The position numbers and the translations under genes were made by a program. Positions 16,762-24,793 of a stretch of 48,364 nt of DNA are shown here, one piece after another. The DNA is taken from positions 1 through 48,364 of the IMG/VR virus record IMGVR_UViG_3300037873_000023. One strand, written 5' to 3'. Every line of letters begins with the position of its first letter. The stretch's first letter is position 1. Below the pieces are notes generated by a model that did not search any database, was not told where the DNA came from, and worked only from the letters and a program-made list of their open reading frames with translations. This DNA comes from a virus (lineage: Duplodnaviria; Caudoviricetes).

Positions 16762-17597
16762 CCACACCCGGCGAGCATCGCGGGATGAACGGGGACCTGA
16801 TCGACGCGTACCTGGCCACCCTCACCCTCGAGCACGCACCGCGCACCGCCACCACCTACGCATCCGCCCTGCGCCGAGCCCACGCCGAGCTGCCGGTCGG
16901 ACTGCCCACCGCCTGCCCGGCCGAGCTCCAAGCCTGGGTGTGGCGCGACGGCCGGGCCTGGGCAACCCGCGTGGTGTACCTGGCCGCGGTCCGCGGGTTC
17001 TACCGGTGGGCGCTGGCCGAGCACCACTTGGACTACGACCCGACCACCCACCTGCCCAAGGTCCGCCGCCACCGGAGCACCCCGCGGCCGGCCACCAGCG
17101 ACCAGGTACGCACCATCCTGTCCACCACCCGCACACCGGTACGGCTGTACTCGGTGATCGCCGCGTACACCGGCGCCCGGGCGTGTGAGATCGCCACCCT
17201 CGAGCGCGGCGACGTCAGCCGGGAGACGGTGCGGCTACGCGGCAAAGGTGGCCACGAGCGGCTCGTCCCCACCCACCCGCTGGTCTGGGTAGCCGTGCGC
17301 CACCTCGAGGGGCACATCGCGCAGGGTGCCACACCCAACCGGGTCTCCCAGCGGGCCGCGGTCGAGTACGACCGGCTCGGCCTGCCCGATGTCACCCTGC
17401 ACCGGCTGCGGCACTGGTACGCCACGCACACCCTGGCCACCACCGGCGACCTGCGCACCGTCCAGCTGCTGATGGGGCATGCGTCGCCGGCGACCACCGC
17501 CGGGTACACCGCGGTCGCTGACGCGACGCTGCGGCGGGCGGTGCTCAGCCTGCCGGCCTGGGCAGACGCTGCGGCCGGCGCTGCCCCGGCGGGATAG
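16758..17597 (+). CDS. int: tyrosine integrase (short, no arm-binding domain)
   Basis: Catalytic R (TGARACE), K (GKG), HxxRH (LHRLRHW), LMGH, Y (TAGY); alternative start 16785. Confidence 0.9.
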   Translation: MTTPGEHRGMNGDLIDAYLATLTLEHAPRTATTYASALRRAHAELPVGLPTACPAELQAWVWRDGRAWATRVVYLAAVRGFYRWALAEHHLDYDPTTHLPKVRRHRSTPRPATSDQVRTILSTTRTPVRLYSVIAAYTGARACEIATLERGDVSRETVRLRGKGGHERLVPTHPLVWVAVRHLEGHIAQGATPNRVSQRAAVEYDRLGLPDVTLHRLRHWYATHTLATTGDLRTVQLLMGHASPATTAGYTAVADATLRRAVLSLPAWADAAAGAAPAG

Positions 17598-17844
17598 CCG
17601 GGGTCTCCAGCTCGTCGACGGCGACCACCCGCGGCAGCCGGTCGGGCGGTAGATGCTCACGGGAGCCGGTGACCACCAGGTCGAGCAGCCCACCGCGGAT
17701 GAGTTGGGTGACGTCCTCCCAGCAGCGGACGACGGCGGACAGGTCCCACCCGTGCGCGTCGACCGCCTCGGCGCAGACGGCCAGCCAGCGGTCGAGCTCA
17801 AGCCCGGACGGCACGTAGATCACTGAGCGCAGAGGGTCACCCAT
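17545..17844 (-). CDS. hypothetical protein resembling a degenerate serine-resolvase catalytic domain
   Basis: RSVIYVP...CAEAVDAHGWDLSAV resembles resolvase N-terminal strands but lacks the YxRxS catalytic motif. Confidence 0.5.
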   Translation of the reverse strand: MGDPLRSVIYVPSGLELDRWLAVCAEAVDAHGWDLSAVVRCWEDVTQLIRGGLLDLVVTGSREHLPPDRLPRVVAVDELETPAIPPGQRRPQRLPRPAG

Positions 17845-17992
17845 TCGGGGGACCTTGCTCGGCCAGGTACCGCTCGAGCGCGGCCATGACCAGCCCGGAG
17901 ACCGGCATCCGGTGGGCCCGGGCGTACCGCTCCGCCCGCTCCCACAGCGCAAGATCGTCCTCGCGGACGTAGATGGTCGTCTGCCTGCCCAT
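17837..17992 (-). CDS. ribbon-helix-helix (CopG/Arc-like) DNA-binding protein
   Basis: Hand translation MGRQTTIYVREDDLALWERAERYARAHRMPVSGLVMAALERYLAEQGPPNG; absent from the ORF track (51 aa). Confidence 0.7.
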   Translation of the reverse strand: MGRQTTIYVREDDLALWERAERYARAHRMPVSGLVMAALERYLAEQGPPNG

Positions 17993-18154
17993 GTAGGGGA
18001 CATTGAACCCGCATGGGGGTATGCGTGTCCCCGGATACGCGATAACGTGCGCTGTGCGGCCCGGCCGTCACACGCTGCCCGGCTGTAACCGCCGGGCCGC
18101 ACCCTTGGTCACCGATCGGCCGACGCAAACGACCTGACCAACCTTGGGGGAGCC

Positions 18155-18415
18155 GTGTCAGACGGGGTTGGCGCACCGGGTAGTCCGTGGGCTGAGGCGG
18201 CTGACGTGTGCGCCCGGCCGTGGCCATCGCGGGCCGAGGCGCTGGAGCAGGCGACGTGGCTGCGCCGGAATGATTGGGTGGTGCCGGCATCAACCGGGCC
18301 GGGTGTGCCGCGGGAGGATGGCACGGTGGTCGTCGCCACCGTTTTCGACCCGCGGGACTGGTCCTCACCGGGGGACATCTGCTACGTCGAGGTGGTCACG
18401 GCCTCCGGTCGATGA
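18155..18415 (+). CDS. hypothetical protein
   Basis: GGGGAG RBS before GTG. Confidence 0.5.
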   Translation: MSDGVGAPGSPWAEAADVCARPWPSRAEALEQATWLRRNDWVVPASTGPGVPREDGTVVVATVFDPRDWSSPGDICYVEVVTASGR

Positions 18416-18578
18416 ATCTGCCGCCGCAGGGGTTGCCGTCTGGCTGGGTCATCCGGTCCTCGGTGTCGACTGCGATGGCATCCCACGTGTTGCGTCCGCA
18501 CCTGTTGCACACTGCCGCAGGCGGTTCGTCCAGGTACCTGCGGAGTGCTTCCCCGGACAGCTCTACGTAGTCACTCAC
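18396..18578 (-). CDS. small Zn-ribbon protein
   Basis: CNRC...CGG; GTGA overlap. Confidence 0.5.
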   Translation of the reverse strand: MSDYVELSGEALRRYLDEPPAAVCNRCGRNTWDAIAVDTEDRMTQPDGNPCGGRFIDRRP

Positions 18579-18790
18579 GTGGTCACCTCCGCCGGCTGCC
18601 CGGTGCCGTACCGCAGCACCGTCGCCCGGCCCAGGTCCAACTCGAGCTGCACACGCTCGTCGTTGACGCTCCCGCCTAGCTCGCTGGTGCTGCGCCATGG
18701 CCCGTCGGACCCGGGGTGGGCCATGATCCATGCGATGGTGGCAGTGGCCACGACGCTGCCCACGGGCAGGTCGGCGGCGGTTAGGGTCAC
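18575..18790 (-). CDS. hypothetical protein
   Basis: GTGA overlap. Confidence 0.55.
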   Translation of the reverse strand: MTLTAADLPVGSVVATATIAWIMAHPGSDGPWRSTSELGGSVNDERVQLELDLGRATVLRYGTGQPAEVTT

Positions 18791-19068
18791 CACGTCTCCC
18801 CCATCTGCTGATCGAGGGAAATCCGGCCGATCTGGTCCAGCCTGTCGCGCAGCCACAACACTTCACGCTCCGCCTTCGCGGCACGCTGCTCAGCCTTCGC
18901 CGCCCGCTGCACCAGGTCCTCGCTGGCGCCACGCTCCTGCGCGGCGAGCACGGCGTTGGCGGTTTCCGATGGCAGGCCGCAGTACGGGCACGCCCCGCCG
19001 TCGCGGAACGCCTGGTGGATGGCCGAGGTGTACGAGTCGCACGCGGGGCAGATCGCCTTGTCGCTCAT
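18787..19068 (-). CDS. Zn-ribbon plus coiled-coil protein
   Basis: CPAC...CPYC followed by a heptad helix. Confidence 0.65.
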   Translation of the reverse strand: MSDKAICPACDSYTSAIHQAFRDGGACPYCGLPSETANAVLAAQERGASEDLVQRAAKAEQRAAKAEREVLWLRDRLDQIGRISLDQQMGETW

Positions 19069-19292
19069 GCTGCCCTCCGTCGCAAGTTAGGACCCCTACC
19101 CGGCCAACGCCGACCAGCTACCGCATCCGGCGCGAGGTGGGTCGCACACTCCACGCAGATCCTCACCCACGGAGTACGCATCGCGACCAGCCAGCGGCGC
19201 CACCATGTGTCCGGGCTCCGGTACCAACGGACACTGATGACAGCCGGGCGCAGACACTCGCACCGGCACTGGCAACGACCTAGCAGGATCAT
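19065..19292 (-). CDS. Cys-rich hypothetical protein
   Basis: ATGA overlaps. Confidence 0.5.
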   Translation of the reverse strand: MILLGRCQCRCECLRPAVISVRWYRSPDTWWRRWLVAMRTPWVRICVECATHLAPDAVAGRRWPGRGPNLRRRAA

Positions 19293-19537
19293 CGGGTCCC
19301 TCCTTCGGTGGGAGCGTGCCCACGACGCAGGTTGGCACCCTTGCCCGGCCGGGCTCGCATCAGCGCATCCAACCGGCCGGCCAGGTACAGCCCCTTGCGC
19401 CGGTCGAGCATGGCGTCCGGGGTGACGCGCAGCCGGGACAGGGCCGAGGTCATCGAGTGCGGGCGGAGGCCGTAGCGGGCGGCGGCCTGCTCGACGGTCA
19501 GGGCGAGCCGGCCATCCAGGGTGATCCGGATCTTCAC
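19289..19537 (-). CDS. HTH DNA-binding protein, excisionase-like
   Basis: LTVEQAAARYGL...LY...LDALM winged-HTH pattern. Confidence 0.55.
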   Translation of the reverse strand: MKIRITLDGRLALTVEQAAARYGLRPHSMTSALSRLRVTPDAMLDRRKGLYLAGRLDALMRARPGKGANLRRGHAPTEGGTR

Positions 19538-19722
19538 GCGTCCTCCTGCCCGGGCGGCTGGCGTGTCATCCGCCGCCATAAGTGTGTGCGTGTGTGGCTC
19601 TCGGCGACCGACATGGCTACGTCCCCCGGGAACACTGGCCGACTACTGTCGCCGCAGGTGCAGCGCCATCCGTAGCTGCCACTGTGGTGGTCGTAGTATC
19701 TGACGGCTACATGGGCGGTCAT
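19534..19722 (-). CDS. small Zn-finger protein, probably leaderless
   Basis: WRCTCG...HxxxH; TACGCT 6 nt upstream of the ATG. Confidence 0.55.
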   Translation of the reverse strand: MTAHVAVRYYDHHSGSYGWRCTCGDSSRPVFPGDVAMSVAESHTRTHLWRRMTRQPPGQEDA

Positions 19723-19808
19723 GTCCCCAGCGTACACCGGGTGGCAGTCTCAGCGTTGCACTGGCAGTCAGGTCGCGTCATACTTTCGGTTGGACTTCCG
19801 TCCAGGGC

Positions 19809-19837
19809 TTGCGCTTGCCGTCCTAGCGCTGCATACT
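19809..19837 (+). promoter_or_regulatory. SigA-like promoter, leaderless
   Basis: TTGCGC-N17-CATACT-N6-ATG(19844). Confidence 0.55.
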
Positions 19838-19843
19838 AGAGAC

Positions 19844-20032
19844 ATGACAAGGACGGAGACCAGGCAGTGGGGATGGACCCGCAGCGGCCAGCTGTGGTGC
19901 ACCGGCTGCCGCGGCACCGGCCAGGTCCCCTGCCCGCACACCGACATCGACGCCACCGGCTGGTGCCGCACCTGCGACCAGCCGGCAGACGAGCCCCAGC
20001 CGCAGACCACCTGCCACACCTGTGAGGAGTGA
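19844..20032 (+). CDS. small Cys-rich Zn-finger protein
   Basis: CTGCRGTG...CRTC...CHTC. Confidence 0.55.
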   Translation: MTRTETRQWGWTRSGQLWCTGCRGTGQVPCPHTDIDATGWCRTCDQPADEPQPQTTCHTCEE

Positions 20033-20037
20033 GGATC

Positions 20038-20175
20038 ATGAAGCAGCAGCAGATCACGAACCGACAAGCGGTCAAAGACAGCCGCTGCAGTTGGTGCCAG
20101 CAGGACATTCCGCACATGCCGGACGAACACGTATCGTCGATCGCCACACTGGAACGCCTTCGCAAACAGCGCTGA
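20038..20175 (+). CDS. small hypothetical protein (45 aa)
   Basis: GAGG RBS; CSWC...H...H; not in the ORF track. Confidence 0.45.
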   Translation: MKQQQITNRQAVKDSRCSWCQQDIPHMPDEHVSSIATLERLRKQR

Positions 20176-20280
20176 CGCTGCCCGGTCCCAACCCGCTCCG
20201 GCGGGCGGGGGCCGAGTGGCGGAACAGACCCGCCACCCGACCGGCCGAGGGCGCACATCCCCCGGCAGAATGAGTGAATC

Positions 20281-20739
20281 ATGAGCACCATCGACATGCA
20301 GCCCCAGCCTGAGCCTTACGACATGACCCAGCCACCCCCGGACGCCCCGGCACCGAAGACCAAGCGCGGCCGGACGATCTTGATCGCCGTCGGGACCGGG
20401 CTGTTCGCCTTCGTCATCGGCGTGGCAGCTGGCGGCGGCGACACCCCGACCACCGACGCCGGCAGCACCATCGTCACCACCACCCCGGCGGCGTGTGGAG
20501 ACGCGCTGACCGCAGCCGAGGACCTGTTCGTGCTCTACAGCCGCGGACTGAGCCTGAACGCCGATGCCCTCGGCTTGGCCAGCGAGGGTATCCAGGCGGC
20601 GGTTGTGTGGGACGCGGCCGAGCTCGACAGCATCACCGACGACCTGGGGGGTATCGCGGTGGACATTGAGGGGATCGCGGTCGAGGTGGGCGCCACCCAA
20701 GCGGTCTACGAAGATGCCTCGGAGGCGTGCCGCAACTGA
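20281..20739 (+). CDS. membrane-anchored acidic protein
   Basis: TM segment followed by an acidic helical domain with two Cys. Confidence 0.7.
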   Translation: MSTIDMQPQPEPYDMTQPPPDAPAPKTKRGRTILIAVGTGLFAFVIGVAAGGGDTPTTDAGSTIVTTTPAACGDALTAAEDLFVLYSRGLSLNADALGLASEGIQAAVVWDAAELDSITDDLGGIAVDIEGIAVEVGATQAVYEDASEACRN

Positions 20740-20755
20740 CCCAGCGGACAGCAAG

Positions 20756-20791
20756 AAGCCCGGCCGAGGGTTTTACCCCTCGACCGGGCTT
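20756..20791. terminator. bidirectional intrinsic terminator
   Basis: AAGCCCGGCCGAGGG-ttttac-CCCTCGACCGGGCTT between convergent genes. Confidence 0.75.
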
Positions 20792-20829
20792 TGTCACCCT
20801 GTGCGGCGCGACCAACAGCGCCCATCGTA

Positions 20830-21051
20830 CTACGGCTGGAAGTCGCCCTTGTCGGCGTTCGGCGGGCGCGGGTCCTCCGAGTTGTTCTCGTGCCCACCGC
20901 TGTTGACGCACATCCACCCTCCCTGTGATGGGTTGATGGTTGCTTCCTGCCCGGGTGGGCAGGTGATCGGGTCGGCGTGCGCCGGGGTGGCGAGCCCGGC
21001 GGCGGCGAACAGCCCGACCGCCACGGCGGTGAGAACGATCTTGATACGCAT
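20830..21051 (-). CDS. small secreted protein
   Basis: Sec signal peptide ending in AHA; 47-aa mature part with two Cys; AGAAGAGG RBS. Confidence 0.75.
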   Translation of the reverse strand: MRIKIVLTAVAVGLFAAAGLATPAHADPITCPPGQEATINPSQGGWMCVNSGGHENNSEDPRPPNADKGDFQP

Positions 21052-21125
21052 GGTACCTCTTCTCGTTTTGGCTTGTGCTCCCATCCTCCCACGACGGGGC
21101 GGCAGTAGATCGTCCCCCCTAAGTG

Positions 21126-21155
21126 TTGACTCTGCCAGCTTCCAGGGTATACACT
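21126..21155 (+). promoter_or_regulatory. SigA-like promoter, leaderless
   Basis: TTGACT-N18-TACACT-N6-ATG(21162). Confidence 0.7.
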
Positions 21156-21161
21156 TACGGC

Positions 21162-21539
21162 ATGAGCAGAGGCTACGGGGTCACCCAACGGTTCATCCTC
21201 GACTTCGTGTACGACCCGCGCGCGACGCAGGACGGCGCGCCCCGCTGGTACCCGGTCGCGCACCTCGCAGCGGTGCTCAGCGGCCATGAGCAGCCCGAAC
21301 GCTCGGCCGTCCAGTCGGTGCGCCGCGCCGTGCGGAAGCTGGCCGAGCAGGGCATGGTCGACGTTGCCCTGATCCCGTTCCCGCAGAGCTACGCCGTCTG
21401 GGGGATGGAGCGGTGCTCCACGCGCCGGACCAAGCTCCTGTCGGTGCGCCGGCCGTTGGAGGCCGATGAGCAGGCCGCCTCCGTCGTAGCCGACGCGCGC
21501 CACTTCACGTGGGTGAAACGGACGCTAAGGGGTCAGTAG
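21162..21539 (+). CDS. winged-helix-like DNA-binding protein
   Basis: VAHLAA...SVRRAVRKLAEQGMV. Confidence 0.6.
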   Translation: MSRGYGVTQRFILDFVYDPRATQDGAPRWYPVAHLAAVLSGHEQPERSAVQSVRRAVRKLAEQGMVDVALIPFPQSYAVWGMERCSTRRTKLLSVRRPLEADEQAASVVADARHFTWVKRTLRGQ

Positions 21540-21581
21540 GCGATCGGCCCGCTCGCCGCAGCATCGGGCCATGCTCCAATG

Positions 21582-21610
21582 TTGCGCTATGCTCTATTGC
21601 GGCATACGAT
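21582..21610 (+). promoter_or_regulatory. SigA-like promoter
   Basis: TTGCGC-N17-TACGAT upstream of ATG 21680. Confidence 0.55.
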
Positions 21611-21679
21611 GGAGACACAACAGCAGAGACCCCGGCAGTGAGCAACCACCACCGGGGCCAGACGGAGAAAGGACCTCCA

Positions 21680-22015
21680 ATGACCGAGATTACCGCCCCC
21701 GGCACCTACACCGTCACCTTCGACGGCGAGCGGCTCAGCTCAAAGCGGTTCAACGACGCGATCAAGCTGATCAAGGGCCTCGATCAGCTCGAGGAGACCA
21801 CCGCCACCTACGACTCCGCACGGCGGGCCTGGACGGTCACCCTCCCCGAAGGCTCCCAGCGTGGACTGAGCGACCTGCGCATCGCCGCCCGCTCCTACGG
21901 CGCCACCGTCGAGCCCGCCTCGACCGTGCAGGTTGACCGTGCCGCCCTGGCAGCCGAGCGTCGCACCCTGATCCTCCGGCTGGCCGAGATCGACCGGACC
22001 CTGGACGCGCAGTGA
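21680..22015 (+). CDS. hypothetical protein (111 aa)
   Basis: AAAGGA RBS; high-GC3 codon use. Confidence 0.65.
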   Translation: MTEITAPGTYTVTFDGERLSSKRFNDAIKLIKGLDQLEETTATYDSARRAWTVTLPEGSQRGLSDLRIAARSYGATVEPASTVQVDRAALAAERRTLILRLAEIDRTLDAQ

Positions 22016-22308
22016 CCGGCCGCGACAAGGCCCGGGCGGTGCGGTTGTACCGCTCGGGTCACACCCTGCGGGAGATCGCCGAACGGCTCGGCGTCGACCA
22101 ACGCACCATCTGGCGTGTCCTGCAGGGCCGGGTGGAGTCCCGCCGGGTCGGCCCCCGCGGCCGGACCGACGTCACCGACGCCGAGATTGTCGAGCTGCGG
22201 GAGGTCGACCAACTGTCCTGGTCGGAGATCGCCGAGCAGACCGGCATGTCCCGCACCGGTGTCCGCACCCGGTATCTGATGGCCACCAGCGGTCAGCGCC
22301 AACGCTGA
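22012..22308 (+). CDS. tandem HTH DNA-binding protein
   Basis: TLREIAERLGVDQRTI and SWSEIAEQTGMSRTGV. Confidence 0.8.
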   Translation: MTGRDKARAVRLYRSGHTLREIAERLGVDQRTIWRVLQGRVESRRVGPRGRTDVTDAEIVELREVDQLSWSEIAEQTGMSRTGVRTRYLMATSGQRQR

Positions 22309-22354
22309 CCTGCATCTACCGCCCGCCACACGGCGGGCAGACAAGGAGACGATC

Positions 22355-22522
22355 ATGACAACCGAGTTGCTGGCCTGCCCGCGCTGCGGCCGCCCCGTCA
22401 GCGTGCCGGTCCCACGACTGCCAGATCACCGGTGTCGGTGCGGCAATCCCACCGACGCCATACTGCCGGAGACCCCCGACCCATTCGCGTGGCCCGGCGA
22501 TTGCCACCAGCGCACCGCCTGA
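22355..22522 (+). CDS. small Zn-ribbon protein (55 aa)
   Basis: AAGGAG RBS; CPRCG...CRCG; not in the ORF track. Confidence 0.5.
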   Translation: MTTELLACPRCGRPVSVPVPRLPDHRCRCGNPTDAILPETPDPFAWPGDCHQRTA

Positions 22523-22539
22523 CCGTCGAGCACAGCAAA

Positions 22540-22581
22540 GAGCCCGGCCGGGAGGGCCACCATTCCCTCCCGGCCGGGCTC
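22540..22581. terminator. terminator at the end of the late operon
   Basis: Perfect 17-bp inverted repeat GAGCCCGGCCGGGAGGG between convergent operons. Confidence 0.8.
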
Positions 22582-22611
22582 CCACCCCACTGCCACCTAC
22601 CCGAGTAACGT

Positions 22612-22848
22612 CTAGTCGATCTTGCTGGCCTTGCGCTTGCGCCGGTACGCCACCCAGAAGTGAATCGGAACCCATAGAACGAGCGCGCCGATCGCCGTGG
22701 CGGTCACCTCGCCGGGCACGTGCCCCACCACCAGCGTCGTCCAGGGCGCGGTGGTGGCGCTGCCATCGCAGGCGGCGAACAGTTCCATGCCGATGACCAG
22801 CGCGGTGAGGCCTAGGAACGCGATCCGCCAACGGGTCGCTGGGCTCAC
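22612..22848 (-). CDS. 2-TM membrane protein (lysis cassette)
   Basis: Two hydrophobic helices, basic C-terminus. Confidence 0.65.
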   Translation of the reverse strand: MSPATRWRIAFLGLTALVIGMELFAACDGSATTAPWTTLVVGHVPGEVTATAIGALVLWVPIHFWVAYRRKRKASKID

Positions 22849-23021
22849 GTCGGCTGCTCGTTGGCAGGCCCGATGTACGTGGCCAGGGACGCGGCGACCA
22901 GCACCGCCAACCCGGCCACCTCCGGCTCGAGCTCCACCCCACCCATCCGGGCGACGGCGACCACCGCGGTGGCGGTCAACCCGCCGAGGATCGCGGCGAC
23001 TAGCTTCCGTACACGTGCCAT
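22845..23021 (-). CDS. holin-like protein
   Basis: 58 aa, two TM, RKLVAA...YIGPAN; AGGAGG RBS. Confidence 0.7.
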   Translation of the reverse strand: MARVRKLVAAILGGLTATAVVAVARMGGVELEPEVAGLAVLVAASLATYIGPANEQPT

Positions 23022-23041
23022 GATCTTGGTCCTCCTCCTAC

Positions 23042-23386
23042 TTAAGACAGATACCATCCGACCGCGGCGAACGCTCCGGCGACCGCGGCCAGAGTGCCCA
23101 ACACCGTGGCCAGGCGGGCGATCGGCGACCAGCTCCGCTCGGCACGCGCACGGCGCGCGCTCTCAGCCTTTTCCAGCGCGGCCGCGGTGGTCACCACCGT
23201 TTTGGCGTTGGACTCGGCCTGATCGCCCAACCGCTGCACGGCCAGCACCAGTTGGTGCATCTGACTGGCGACCTCGGCTAGCGAACCGTTGATCGATGCG
23301 AAGTGGCGGTCGTGCGAGTCGAGCCGCTCGGCGATCCCACCGGCGGCGTGACCCCGGTTGTACGCGTCGTCGTCGATCGATGGCAT
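23042..23386 (-). CDS. membrane-anchored coiled-coil protein (lysis cassette)
   Basis: Helical N-terminus, C-terminal TM; follows the endolysin. Confidence 0.65.
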   Translation of the reverse strand: MPSIDDDAYNRGHAAGGIAERLDSHDRHFASINGSLAEVASQMHQLVLAVQRLGDQAESNAKTVVTTAAALEKAESARRARAERSWSPIARLATVLGTLAAVAGAFAAVGWYLS

Positions 23387-23412
23387 CCTCAACCCCCCCG
23401 TAACCGTGCGGG

Positions 23413-24372
23413 TCAGACTGCTTCGGTTACGTTGCCGGTCGCCGTCACCGTGAAACTGATCTTGGTGGGGGTGAGCCCCGGCTCGCCGCGCAACTCGTCC
23501 TTGTGCGCGTCGAGCCAGTCGACGGTCGCGGCCTGGATCTCCGCCGCCGTCGGCGTCCGCCCGTCCTCGCCGTCCTCGCCGTCCGTGCCGTCCTTGCCGG
23601 CGTGCTTGCGCAGCAGATGCCCCGACAGTTGGTCGTAGCCCCACGCGTCGTACGTGTCGCCGGAGGTTGCCGACGACCCGGCCGCCTTGCGCATCGCCAG
23701 CACCGCGGCCGCGGTTGCGGCGCCGTAGTCGCCGTCGATCGTCCCTGGGTCGAACCCGGCCCGACGCAGCTGCAGCTGCAGCGCCCGCGGCGCGTTGCCC
23801 TTGTCGCCCTTCTGGCAGAACATGTCCTCGATCCCTCCGTCGGTGGCCTGGTTGAGTAGCACGTCGCCCACAGCCCGGATCGCCGCAGCGTTGTCGACCA
23901 GCTTCCGGTCCAAGGTCATGTGCAGGTGCCACAGGTGAGAGGCGTCGCTGGTGCTGACCTGGTTGACCACGTTGTTGTACCCGTCGACGATGTTGTCGCC
24001 GTCGTCGTTGCCGTACCAGGCCAACACTTGCTCGAGCCGGCCGGCCCGGACCGCCTTGTCCAACCGGGTGCAAATCTCGATCATCCTGCTAGTCGAGCCC
24101 GGGTTGAAGTCGAACCCGGCGATGTGCCGCACCTGGGTGGTGGTCAGGCCCGACTGGACTGTGTAGGTCCGGTTGCGGCAGTACCGGGAGTTGACGATCC
24201 ACTCTTGGGAACGGTGGGAGCCGGACAGGTGCAGATTGTCACCCTTGGTGCCGTAGGCGGTGATCGGCCGACCGTAGGCTGTGCACAGCCGCGCGCCGAG
24301 CTCCCGCAGCGGATCCGGGATGATCTCCCGGCCCCACCAGGTTTCCACCTGCAGCTCGGCATAGGTTGGCAT
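23413..24372 (-). CDS. endolysin (Zn-peptidase-like domain plus PG-binding domain)
   Basis: H...D...HLWHLH motif; KGDKG...LQLQL...G.IDGDYG..T..AV PG-binding pattern; position before the holin. Confidence 0.85.
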   Translation of the reverse strand: MPTYAELQVETWWGREIIPDPLRELGARLCTAYGRPITAYGTKGDNLHLSGSHRSQEWIVNSRYCRNRTYTVQSGLTTTQVRHIAGFDFNPGSTSRMIEICTRLDKAVRAGRLEQVLAWYGNDDGDNIVDGYNNVVNQVSTSDASHLWHLHMTLDRKLVDNAAAIRAVGDVLLNQATDGGIEDMFCQKGDKGNAPRALQLQLRRAGFDPGTIDGDYGAATAAAVLAMRKAAGSSATSGDTYDAWGYDQLSGHLLRKHAGKDGTDGEDGEDGRTPTAAEIQAATVDWLDAHKDELRGEPGLTPTKISFTVTATGNVTEAV

Positions 24373-24707
24373 CTCTCACCCCTCCTCGTCTTCTTGGCAC
24401 CTGGCAGACGATCACCGTCCGCTCGTCCTGGCAGGGTGACACCGGGTACTACGCGCGGACGCACATCCGGGCGCAGGACGACCGGCCGTGGCTGTTCGCC
24501 AGGGTTGAGATCAGGCTGAACGACAGCTACCGGAGCCGGCTGAACTGGGATGACCGCCGAAGTGTGGTCATGCACGAAATCGGTCACGCCCTCGGGCTGG
24601 CGCACAACAGCCGCAGCGACTCGCTGATGAACGTCTACCGCACGTTCCGGTTCAACTACCCGACCGCGTATGACTTCGCCGAGATCGAACGCCGTTACCC
24701 CTGGTAG
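24366..24707 (+). CDS. matrixin/M10-like zinc metalloprotease, probably 5'-truncated
   Basis: HEIGHALGLAH plus SLM Met-turn; no signal peptide and no good start or RBS. Confidence 0.7.
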   Translation: MASLTPPRLLGTWQTITVRSSWQGDTGYYARTHIRAQDDRPWLFARVEIRLNDSYRSRLNWDDRRSVVMHEIGHALGLAHNSRSDSLMNVYRTFRFNYPTAYDFAEIERRYPW

Positions 24708-24793
24708 CACTACCATCGAAGACTGCCCGGCCGCTGCGAGCTGGCAACTCCTCCGTGGGGGACAAGTACGGCGTGACATCGCGGCGGTCGGGC

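Noticed and set aside
17993-18154. Definite attP site
   Set aside because: Contains an imperfect inverted repeat (18023-18040) but no recognisable core; needs the host sequence
20830-21051. Canonical arbitrium aimP
   Set aside because: No adjacent RRNPP/TPR receptor gene; the mature region is longer and contains two Cys
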